A stretch of DNA of 56,077 nt, counting the filler, from Jimgerdemannia flammicorona (Eukaryota), in the NCBI GenBank assembly GCA_003990765.1. It is 3 parts of 3 records of this genome, joined end to end, with 100 filler letters (N's around TTAATTAATTAA, not from the genome) between each part and the next. Parts side by side here need not be neighbours in the genome. Positions count along the whole stretch, not along the records: positions 37,456 to 56,077 come from RBNJ01002157.1; 2 more parts are not named here. The stretch is one strand, 5' to 3'. This document shows, one piece after another, positions 42,076 through 53,000 of this stretch. A model generated the notes under the pieces. That model had not been told where the DNA came from, made no database searches, and was given only the letters and a program-made list of their open reading frames with translations. Position numbers and translations under genes: made by a program. Position 1 is the first letter of the stretch. Every line of letters starts with the position of its first letter.

Positions 42076-42223
42076 AATAAGGATCTTCTTGAGCATCCTT
42101 ATTCATTAGTCTAGTTCTGAAAAATTTGCTGATCCCATAACCTCTGGCAAGGGGTCAAAAAGTGGTGTTTATGGGCTGGTATCTTCTCTTTATATTTTGG
42201 CATAATAGTGAAGAGTCACTCCC

Positions 42224-42262
42224 TTTATATAGAGTAAGGGCCTAATTCTGATCTTGACCAAT
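42224..42262 (-). promoter_or_regulatory. Candidate internal promoter (CCAAT box plus TATATAAA) between integrase and 3' LTR
   Basis: Minus strand gattggtc...27 nt...tatataaagggag, ~160 nt upstream of the 3' LTR. Confidence 0.45.
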
Positions 42263-42429
42263 CAGTTGATGGTTCAAACTCTGACTTTGAAAGTCTCATG
42301 GATGAGTAGTTGCCAGTGCCATATCTCTTAGAGAATAGTCCAGACAGATAGTCTGCTGGTCATAGGATATGCTGTTATGATTCACAGACTAGAACCTCAT
42401 GGGCAGTCATCATGTTTTGCTTCTCTTGT

Positions 42430-45400
42430 ATAGGCTTGTGGTACTTTTTGAGTCTATTCCTGTATACTGTGGTAGGCAGTATAGTCCCTGAGATTTTTCT
42501 AAGCTAGAAGGTAGTTCTCTTGATATGTATCTTGCATATAGAAGGGTTCTTCCCATTTGGGCTCCAGTTTTCATGACCATGAGGCTTTTACCATATTTTG
42601 ATACAGTAGAACCTTTTCTTCAATTTGGATGGGTTCTAGGGTCTTGTGATTCTTTTCCACATTCTTCCTTATCAGCGCTTGTAAGTTGGTGATGTAATCT
42701 TCAGCCTTCTTCCTGATTTGGTGTAGTCTCCAGATTTCTGTATCAATCTGTCTCCAAGTTAGGTCTAGATTTGTGGCTGAGGTTCCATTAGAATCTTCTT
42801 CTCTGAAGAGCAGTTCTCTTGGAGTAAAGTGTGTGCTCTGTGACCATATGTCTCATAGAACAGAGAGGGCAGTTGGGAGATAGTTATCCCAATTCTCATA
42901 TATCTCTGAGATCTTCACTAAAATATTCTTGAGGGTCTTGTTGGTTCTCTCTATCTATCCATTTCCTTGAGGGTAGTATGCAGTGGTCTTGATGTACTGG
43001 ATCTTATATTTCTGATATATTATCTCATAGAATCTATTGATAAATTCCATGCTACAGTCTGTTGTGATTTGCTTCAGTGTCTTGTAGTGGCAGATGATTT
43101 CTCAATACAGGAAGTCAGCTATAGAGAGAGCATTGGCCTCTTGTAATACTCCTACCTCTATCCATTTAGTGAAGAGGTCTACAATAACTATAATATAGCA
43201 GTTTCCTGATAGTGTTACTGATAGTAGCTCAATAATATCCATTACAATGTGGTAGAAGGAGATAGGCTCAATTCTTGATGACCCAGATGTCTAGTCTTGC
43301 TGATCTTGTTTCTGTTTTTGACACTTGTTACACCCTTTGACAAATTGGTACAGGTCTTCTTCCATCTTGGGCCACCATATGGTTCTTTTTGCTTTATTAT
43401 ATATATTGGTTCCTCCTAAGTGTCCTTGCTCATATATTTCCTTCATTACTTGATACTTCTTGTATTTAGGTATTACTAGCTTTTCTTCTTTTCTGAGTAT
43501 AGTATTGTCTAGTTCAAACTATTTCCAAGTCTGGTTGATGATGGTAATTGTCCAGGGTTCGAGATGGTTGAGTATCTTTCACTGCCTAAGGTAGCTGATT
43601 AATCCATAGTATAGCTCCTTATTCATATTGAATAGTCTTGATGGGGGTGTTTCAGGGTGTCCTTGAGAGTGCATTGGTATTGGTATTGGTTCTTTCTGAG
43701 CAGTACTTGACAGTACAGTCATACTCTTACAGCCTGTAGATCCATCTGGCATATATTCCTTTGGGATTCAGAGTGTGGAATAGCCAGGCAAGAGCAGAAT
43801 GGTCTGTTTGAATGGTGAAGTATTTCCCAGCTAGGTAGTAGTGGAACTTATCTACTACCCAAACTACTGCTAAGTATTCGAGCTTATATGACTCATAGTT
43901 CTGTTCTGCTCTACAGATACCTTGGCTTGCATAGGAGATGATATATTCATATCTATCTTTCTTCTGAGCTAGAACTGCTCCAAGTCCTATAGTACTTACA
44001 TCTGTCTGCAGGATGAATTCTAGGTTCCAGTCTGGTCTTCTGAGGATAGATGCTTGGATCAATCTGGTCTTGAGTTCATTGAAGGTTTCTTGACACTTCT
44101 TGGTCTATTTGAATTTGGTTTCCTTCTTCAGTAGCTCATAGATAGATACTACAATATTGGAATATCCTTTGATAAATCTTCTGTAGTAGCTGGCCAGTCC
44201 AAGGAAGGCATGGACTTCTGTGGTTGTTCTGGGTCTTGGGTAGGCTGCAACAGCCTCAATATTTATGGGGTCTGTATAGATTCTGGTCTGGTTGATAAGG
44301 TGTCCTAGGTAGGTGATTTCCTGAGCCACAAACTTGCATTTCTTAGGCTTGATGTAAAGGCCATGCTCCTTGAGCTTCTTGAGGGCTAGCTATATATGAT
44401 TGATATATTCCCATACAGTGTTGCTGAAGATAATTACATCATCAATATAGACAAAGAGCCATTTTCCAATCTCATTGCTGAAGACTCTGTTCATTATTTG
44501 TTGGAAACTTGCTGGGGTATTACACATTCCAAATGGCATTCACAGGTAGATATAAGTGGCATCAGGTATAATGAAGACTGATTTCTCACTGGCATCTTGA
44601 GTGAGACTAATCTGATGGAAGCCTGAGAATAGATCTAAGATGGTGTAGTATTTAGCTTTGCTTCCAAGGGTGGTAAGGATTTCTTGAATATTTGGCAAAA
44701 GCTGCCTATCCTTCTTGGTGATGGCATTGAGCTTCCTGTAGTCAATACAGAGTCTTGGTGCAAACTCTCCAGGCTTGCTTTCTTTCTTCAGGGCAAGGAC
44801 AATGGGTGAGGTCTAGGGGCTGATAGCTTGCTTGATGATTCCAGCTTCTTCTATTTCCTTGAGTTCTGCTCACAGCCACTCTCTGTAGGCAGGTGGTATG
44901 GGTCTGGCTTTCTGATAGATGGGCTTGGTATCACCAGTGTTAACTTTATGATAGTACTTGGGTTCTTGATTGTGGATATCTCTAAAGTCTGTAGCAAGTA
45001 CTTCTTTGTTCTGGTGCAGGATCTTGAGAAGTTGTTCCTCTAGGGGAAAGTTTTCTCCAATGGTATATGTGTACTTGTTCTAGTCCTTGTCTTTCTTATA
45101 TTCAAGTTTGGTAATCTTGGTGGTGGCATAGACTCCTCTTCCAGTAGATCCAAAGTCTTGTTCTCCTCTCTTAGTCTTGATGAGTTTGATGGCTTCTATG
45201 ATTTTGGGCTTCTTGATTTCATGGACCAGCATCTGGCTAATCCTGTCATGCTTCTTGACTTCAAATAGGGTAGTGGGGTTGTGATTTCTGACTATGAGGA
45301 AGATCTCATCAGTATAATCAGGGTCAATTACTCCTCTAACTGAGATTTTGCTTTTGGCCAGACTACTCCTGGTCTTGATAATTCTGGTATGGTTCTCTAG

Positions 45401-47675
45401 CAGCTTGACTCCAATTCCAATGTCAAGTAGGGTAGTGGTCTGTAGTTCAAGGGTAGTATCTTGAATACTGGCAAGGTCTATTTCTATGGCTCCTTCAGTC
45501 TTATATTCTGGGATCTTGGCTTCAGGGTGAAACTTCTTGACCTTGAGGGTGATGTCTGATTCTTGTTCCTCCTCATCGTCACTATCAGCCTGAAGCTCTG
45601 GGGGCTGGTCATCTTCTTTGGCTTTCCTTTTTGCTTCAGTGGCTTCTTGCTCATGTTTCTGTTGGCAGATTTTCCTGACTTTACTGATACAGGACCAGCA
45701 GTCATTCAGGTGTTTAGAGCAGTACATCCTAGTACCATGGGGGCATCTTTCTTGAGGGGCATAGCCATCGATGATCTTGTTGTACCACTGCTCATCTGTG
45801 AGCTTGGGTATCTTGTTCTTGTTCACTAAGTATATGAAGACCTCTATATCTAGTAGAACTCCTTTGTAAACATTGATAGAGACTCATATCTTTCTTCCTC
45901 TATAGTTGATCTGCATCTTCTGGGCATTGAGGTCAATGATGGCCTTGGCCTTGTAAAGCCATTGATTGCCAATGAGGATGTCATAGTTGGTGGTGCTTGT
46001 AACAATCACATCTACTGGGATAGTAGCTCCTCCTATCTTGATGGGGACTTCTCAGATTTTGCCAAGGGGGATAGCTCATATACTATCTGCTGTAATATAG
46101 ACCATTTTGGTAGACTCTTCAATGTCCCAGCCTAGGTGGTCAATTGCCTTCTTACTCATGAGACATCCTTCAGTACCAGTATCAATGATGGTATCAAAGA
46201 TACAGTCTTCAATCTGACATGGGGTATAGGCTGATATCTTGTGCTGGTCTTCGGATTCTTCACCTAAGTTTTCAGATTCTTCCTGTACATTGTGAGCTTT
46301 TACAATCTTGTACTCTTAATTCTTAGCAGTAGTTGTAAGTCCTACTCTCAACTATTGTCTGAAGACAGGGACTTCAGCTAGTTGTCCAAAAGTAGCATTG
46401 ACCTTCTGTTCCTTGAGGTCTTTATAGATATCATACTGATGGATCTTGGTCTTGCATAGCTTCTGTTCCTTCTTGCTTTCACTTTCTCCTGAGACTGGAG
46501 TAGTGCCTTCAATGATTTGACAGGCAGCTTCATCTAACTCTATGTCTTGATCAATCTCCTTGGATTGAGTCTTACTTTGAATAGTGATAGCTGGGGTTTT
46601 CTTTGGTCTTCCAGCTGGCTTGCTGTTGCTCTTCTTGTCATAGAGCTTGGACCGAGTTCTGGTACCTTCAGTAGTGGGGTAAAATTCAAGCTCCTCATAG
46701 TATTCTTCATCATCAGTATTACCAATCTCCTCAATGACTACTACATTGATTTGTTCTCTGGTTCTACTAGCATTGCTTGGTTGGGCTTTGTGTCTTGTTT
46801 TGGTCATGCAATTCTTTGTATAGTGGCCTTCTTCTCCACATCTGAAGCATATAATATTGTGTTCTTCTGTAGCAACTACAAATCTCTACACTGGTCTCCT
46901 GTTAGCACTTCAGACTTCTCTAACAACATCACTAAGGTGTGCAGTTATCTCAGTGAACTGCTTGGTGAATTCCTCCACTGGGTCAGCTTTGGTTGTCTTG
47001 GGGGTAGGTGGGGTTGGTTATCTGTTCACAACTGTAGCAGGTATGATATTAGTTGGTTTTGATGGCTCCATCTTAATACTAGTTATTTTCTCTATTGAAT
47101 GTTCAGCAGGGTGTCTGGCAGTTCAATATCTCTGTGCAAAGACCACTTTCTGATCAAGGGTCAGTGCCACTAGAGTAGACTGGATTGCTAAGGCAATTTC
47201 AGGGTAAACTTCTTTGAGGAAGGTTGAATCCACTATTTGTTTCTTGAGGTGGTCATCATAGCCAGCCAAGACAATTTGGTGGCAGATTCAGGTATAGAAT
47301 GAGTTGGAATCTTCACTAAGTTCTTGGCAGATAGTATTGAGTTAATCCTTGAGAGCTTGCTTGATCTCTTTAATATAATATGTTGTTCTAAGGAAGGCCT
47401 TCATGTTGGCAAGTTTGGCTGCACCAATATCAGCAATGGTAGCTGTATTGAACTTGTCTCTGGTAAGTCCTCTAAGGCTGACCAGTAGAAGGACCAATTG
47501 TACATCTACACCAAGGACTCATACAGCAGTAAATTGTTCAAAGTCTTCAATAAAGGTCAGGATTGACTCTTCAGTAGTATATCTATAGAATGTGGGGGGA
47601 CACATTTTCATCTTGTCTTGAATTCTTGCAGGGGTGACTCTTGTAGTCAGGGTAGTTATTGTGGGAGTTGTTCAT
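42430..47675 (-). pseudogene. Gypsy gag-pol polyprotein, disrupted by many stops and frameshifts
   Basis: Zn knuckle CFRCGEEGHYTKNC (~46805-46850); protease IIDTG (~46180); RT RLCIDYRKLNAIT and FVYIDDVII (~44440); FLGLASYYRRFI; RNase H FILQTDVSTIGLGAVLAQ; integrase GHLG...WWP...CNKCQ and KLEPKWEEPF. Confidence 0.93.
45135..45550 (-). CDS. dUTPase domain within pol, between protease and RT
   Basis: Trimeric dUTPase motifs, partly eroded: EGAIEIDL, KTRSSLA, GVIDPDYTDEI, DRISQM, RGEQDFGSTG. Confidence 0.9.
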
Positions 47676-47711
47676 TTTTCTGCTTGAAAGTGAGGAATTC
47701 ATCTTGAATCA

Positions 47712-47727
47712 CCAGCCAATGGCACTA
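47712..47727 (-). other. Primer-binding site, possibly tRNA-His type
   Basis: Minus strand tagtgccattggctgg 3 nt inside the 5' LTR boundary; one G>A change away from TGGTGCCA, which complements the GGCACCA 3' end of eukaryotic tRNA-His. Confidence 0.45.
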
Positions 47728-47730
47728 AGT

Positions 47731-49318
47731 TATCACATAGTGGTTGCTGAGTTCTTCAAATACACCAGATTCTCTTCAAGGTATATCTCTTAGACTAACT
47801 CACATTTGTTATAAGCAAGTTCTTATTGGAGTACCTTCTCAAGGTCTTATAGTCCTCAAACTTCTTATCTTTAAACTATCTTGTTATCTTTTAGATTGCT
47901 TGCAAGGAAGTGTATATATTGCACTGAGAAGAACTGACTTTATTCCAGAAGAAATAAGAGGGGTATTTATACAAAATATAATCAATGGTTGCTAAGATAT
48001 AAAGCTAAATATAAATTCCAATAACTATAATAAAATGCCAGGACAGGAAAAACTGCTAAGTTCCAGGGTCAGTACTAATGGTTGTACAGGTTCAGATTGC
48101 TGGTATAATTCAGTGTTACATATATCAGAATATCAGTGCTAGCATTATTCAGTGTTATATCAAATACTGGTGCTGGCATTATTCAGTGTTATATCAAATA
48201 TCAGTGCTGGTATTATTCAGTATAACAAGGGACTTAGAGCAGAATTCTCAGGATTATGAGAGCTTCATCCTTATCATCAGAGGTCAGGATGTCTTTAAAG
48301 GAGATGAGGTCTGCAAATGTTTCATCAAGGTTACATAGGTTGTACATTTCGCGTATATCAAAGTCATGCAGAATGAGGTCATCACTGATGACATCATCAC
48401 ATTTGATAGCAGGAAAATTGAGAACAAGGAGATCTGGAGCTCTCTAGTCTATGAGATTTTCTTTCACAAAATAGGAGACAAATGTGGGGTCTTGGGGAGG
48501 TCTAACCTAGATGCTTGGGCCTTAGAATACTGAGATCAACCTTTGCAGAAATTGGTCTGAGTTGTTCTGGAGAATGGGGTGCCAGAAGTCTTCTACTTCA
48601 TCACTATTGAGAGTGATAGTAGACTGGACTTCTGTAGCCACTCTGGCTTCTAGTATATTGATATAGTGGGATGACAGGTCTCTGAAATCTGAGACTCTAA
48701 TATACTCCAAGTTGGGAATTAACCATGGTGCATACCTGAAGATCTGGTAGATCTTCTTAACTATTCTTGTTTCATGTATATCCATGGAAGTGGCATCTTG
48801 TAGCTCTTGAGTGCTGGCCTGTGGGAACTCCTGGTAGAGGAGGTTTCCTATTTTATACTCCTGCCATATTTGGAGGTATTTGGTAGCAATGGTGATTCTT
48901 GTTTCTATTTCACAGTGGTAGAGGATATAGTGATAAGAGTCACCAGTACCCAGAATGACACTAGGAGTCCTTCTTGAGTGAGTCCTTATAGCTCTTCTGA
49001 TGTCTTGGAACATTCTTTCTTCAACTAAGGTACCTTGGTGGTTCCTTGACCTTGAGGTTTGGTGGGTAGTAGGCATTTTGTTTATGGTAAATCTTTGAGC
49101 TATTTTGGGATTGGTGGGTCTTGTTGGTTGCTACTACTGTAGTTCCTTGATCCTTCTTTTATATTTCTCAAGATACTTGTACTGTGGTCACAATGACTCA
49201 TAGTTGGTCATTGTTGCTCATCTCATATGCTGTATGATCTTCTTATGCTCTGATCTGGTGGCTTGTAAGGAAAGACTATCTCCTGTACTGATGTCATCAT
49301 TCTGAGATCACTGTTACA
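47731..49318 (-). repeat. 5' LTR (1.59 kb) with TATAAATA (~47965) and ~32-bp tandem repeats (48100-48226)
   Basis: Direct repeat of 39457-42064; gctggcattattcagtgttatatcaaata-type unit about four times. Confidence 0.93.
48234..49226 (-). pseudogene. LTR (U3)-embedded ORF of unknown function; intact core 48522-49076
   Basis: One frame continues on both sides of the 184-aa ORF with only a few stops of the kind made by transitions; the same frame is present in the other LTR (40245-40790). Confidence 0.65.
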
Positions 49319-50049
49319 ATATATAAAGTAAGAGAATTAGAGAAATTAGAATTTAAAAGATTAGAAGATTTAGAGAATTTATAAAAAAATTAAATATTAT
49401 ATTTTTTACTACTAATTATAAACTATTTATATAATTTAGAAATTACTTTTTACTATTCTTAATAATATCAAAATTGTAGTTTTCTCTATCTAATATTATA
49501 AAATTATACATATATTTTTTTAAATAGAATTAAGTCTCTGTAGATTTTTATTAAAAGAAACCCTAGACTATATAGATCAAAACTCTCTTTTACTCTTTCT
49601 TAAGTACTACCCTCTCATTGTTCTTAAACTATAGAGAGAACTAATAGTCCTATTATCTCAGCTATATAAGGGTAGTATTATATACTCTTATCTCAACAAT
49701 ATATAGACCAGACTTGTCTATTTATCAGAGCTAGATCATTAGTCTAAGATTGTGAGAACACACTTATATATCAGATCTAGTAATATCAGAACTAAACAAT
49801 ATAACCTCTCTAACTCTAAATGAAATCTAGAGATAAAAAAAAACTCTCTAATTAACTAATAAGAAGCAGAACAGATTTATAATAGATGAGTAAAAGACTT
49901 ATATACAAGATACTCTCAAAAGAACTGATATATAAGCTAAGGTCTAAAAAGACTCCAATCTTACTCTCTAAACCTATAGACCTTGATCATATTACTATAT
50001 CAGCTCTTAGTTCTAATTAGATACTATTAATAAGAAATATTTCACTCTC

Positions 50050-53000
50050 TAAGTCTATGGACCTCAATTGTATTACTATATTAGCTCTCAGTTCCAGTTA
50101 GATATAGTCAGGATATTAGTCACTATACTATTCCACTACTTACTAGTTAATTAAAAGACCTTACTAATATAATATCTATTTCAACCCCAATGACTATCTC
50201 CAGTCTAATATCTAACTGATTCATCATTATTACTCTTCTTCTTATTTGTAATAACTATCTCTTCTCTCATCCTAATCTCACTTAAAAAGCAGTTACTTAT
50301 ACTAGAACCATACTTACTAGAAAGCTTACCAAAGCTTAGAGAACTCTACTATAGAACTGACAATCTTCAGATAACTTATTCTGGTACTTGATGTTCAAGG
50401 TCAGCTAACTCTCTATATAGCTTATTGTTTTTTTTTATAGTTCCATAAACTTCATCATTTATTACCAGTCTATCAATATAATTATAATACCCCATCCCAC
50501 TATCCAATCCCTCTAGAGAGATGCCCCCTCACTCTCTCATACTTGAAAGCCACCTTATCATAAACTATTATCACTCTCTCTCCATTTTATTCACAAATAT
50601 TTCCTACCAATCAATACTGATGTCCTTCCTACAGACCCCATTCTATTCACCAACCCATCAAGATATCTTCCAACAATCCTTCCCACCTCATCAGCTACTC
50701 TTCCAAACCTACTTATCTCTCTTACTCAAAAACATACAGCCAATATCCTACCAGCCCCATCTATATAGCTAAAACCCAACCAACAATGAGCTACTCATTT
50801 CCAACCCCCCCCCCCTACCAATCTATCTCTCAAGTCCTCTCATTGGTCCCTCTCCCCATCTCCCCTTCTCACAACACCCAACCTATCTCCAACTGCTAAC
50901 CAAAAGTCTCTAAGTACTTCACACTCCTCCAGCCAATGTTCTGATATCTGTATATATCCTTTTTCCTATCTAATATTATAATATTCCTTATAATTAAATT
51001 GACCACTCTCTATAAGGTGACCTGTATGAAAGTTAAGCATGATATTCTATCTCAGTAAGTACTACCAAATTACTCAGAACTTAGCTATTACCAGATCTCA
51101 GCACTTCAGGCCCAGACTCTATTCCAGTCTCACTCCTCTCCAATATCTGCCACCTACTAGTCCCTAGGCCATATATTCTGTTCTAACCCTCTCTGGTACT
51201 TTACTCTATCTCCAATATTGAAGTCAATTAGTAGAGTACCCTCTAATAATACTTGATTCTATCTCCACATCACTAGGTCCCACAGTATCTCTCTCTTTGC
51301 TCTCTGCCAGCAAAGACCAATATAGTATATCCCATTAACTACTTCTTACCAGAAGCCCTTAAATTATATATACCTATTGTTCTGAAGTCTAACCAGAGAC
51401 AGAAGATCCCCTGTAGAGCCCTTTGGTAAAAACCTCATCTCCTAGACCTTTTTTATCAAAGAGACCCAGCTACTACTCCTTAGTTCTACTGCTCTCTTCA
51501 GTCACTAAGCTCACAGATAATGTAGTCTTTTCAGAAAGTCAACTAGCCCAAGTTCTCCTCTATCTACTGGTAATAACAGAATTTTTCAGCTAATCTGACT
51601 CTATCTATTAGCCCAGATCCAACTCTTGGCTAGCTTCAATAGCCTCTTCACTACTTAGACTGAAAAGTCCAGATAATATGCTAAATATCACAGCTTTGGC
51701 AGCCAGTAGACATTCAAGATTGAAATATGATCTGCCAAAGAGATATGGTAACCTCTCCAGCCCTACAGGGCCTCTCCCCAAATAGCCACTCTCTGCTCCC
51801 ACCAGGTTTGAGGTAGGACTGACCCATAGACTGAAAGATAGATACTTAAGTACTGTATGATATCTCCAACTAGAACAATTGTTCCAATGATATCTCCTTC
51901 CACCAGACTATTGCCCAATACTATTGTTTCATACTTGTGCCAGTTGAGTTTAGCCCCAGAGTATATCTCATACCACTTCACTATTTCTTAAAGTACTCTG
52001 ACATTTGCAATTAAGCCCAGGCCAACCACTATATTATCTACAAAGGTTCCAACCTTTCAGACAATTCCAAATACTAACAGCTCTACTACCTTCTTCCAAA
52101 TTCTATCTATCAATAGCTCCAAGGACAGAGCATATAAAATAAAAGACAGTGGGTCCTCCTGGGAAATACCTCTTCCAGAGAGAATGCTACCTCTTAGTAG
52201 CTATTGTATATAAGTGTAGCTCTACTCTCTTTCAGTAGACTGATCATAGATATCTAGAACTACTGAGGTACTCTAATTCTATCCAGTATCTTTGCCAACC
52301 AGATCTGCCTAACACAGTTATAGGTCTTCTTCTGATCCAGAAAGACCAATCTTCTATTCAGCCCATATGCCTGAGTCTCTTCAATAATACTATGGATCCA
52401 AGCTGTGCTATCTCTGATAAGCTGACCCCCTATAAAACCTTATTATTCCTCCCCCAAGACTTGCTGGGCCACCTTCTGCAGCCCTGCAATAACTATCTTG
52501 GTGACCAATTTTCTGACCATATCTAGGAGCATGATAGGTTGCCAGTTCTTTCAGTTCTCTCTCCTACTCTTGTCCTTAAACAACAGTACTACCAATCTCA
52601 GATCTTACTCTCCCACCCACTTTCCTAACTATAATATGAAATTATATAGTGCTATCATCTCTCTCAGCACTCCAGAGATTCCCACCATCTTCTTTCAGAA
52701 GTCCCAGGGCAGTCCATTCTCTCCTGGTACAGTGTCTAGTATAGTCACAACAAGAACCTAGCAAATCTCCTTCTCCTGAACTGGTAATACCAAACTACCC
52801 ATCTCATCTACTTATAGTAGGTATCAGTCATCTAAAGTATATTAAATAGTAGCAGCATCAGCCCCACCCTCCTCCTCACTTCACAGACCACTCCACCTCT
52901 CCTTCAGTGAGTCTAAAATATCTTGTAAGCTATATACCAGCAGTCCATCAGAATCCAGTATCCCCTCCCACCTCTGCCTCACTCACCTCATCTAAAGAAT

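Larger units (their letters stand above)
39457..49318 (-). mobile_element. Full-length decayed Ty3/Gypsy LTR retrotransposon (gag-PR-dUTPase-RT-RH-IN)
   Basis: Direct LTRs 39457-42064 and 47731-49318 with TG...CA-type ends; candidate ATAT target duplication (39453-39456 / 49319-49322); PBS-like and PPT sites; Gypsy domain order. Confidence 0.95.

Noticed and set aside
42065..42115. In-frame read-through from MNKDAQEDPYSGGR across the PPT into the U3 ORF
   Set aside because: On counting, that frame differs from the U3 ORF frame, which has a TAA at the LTR start.
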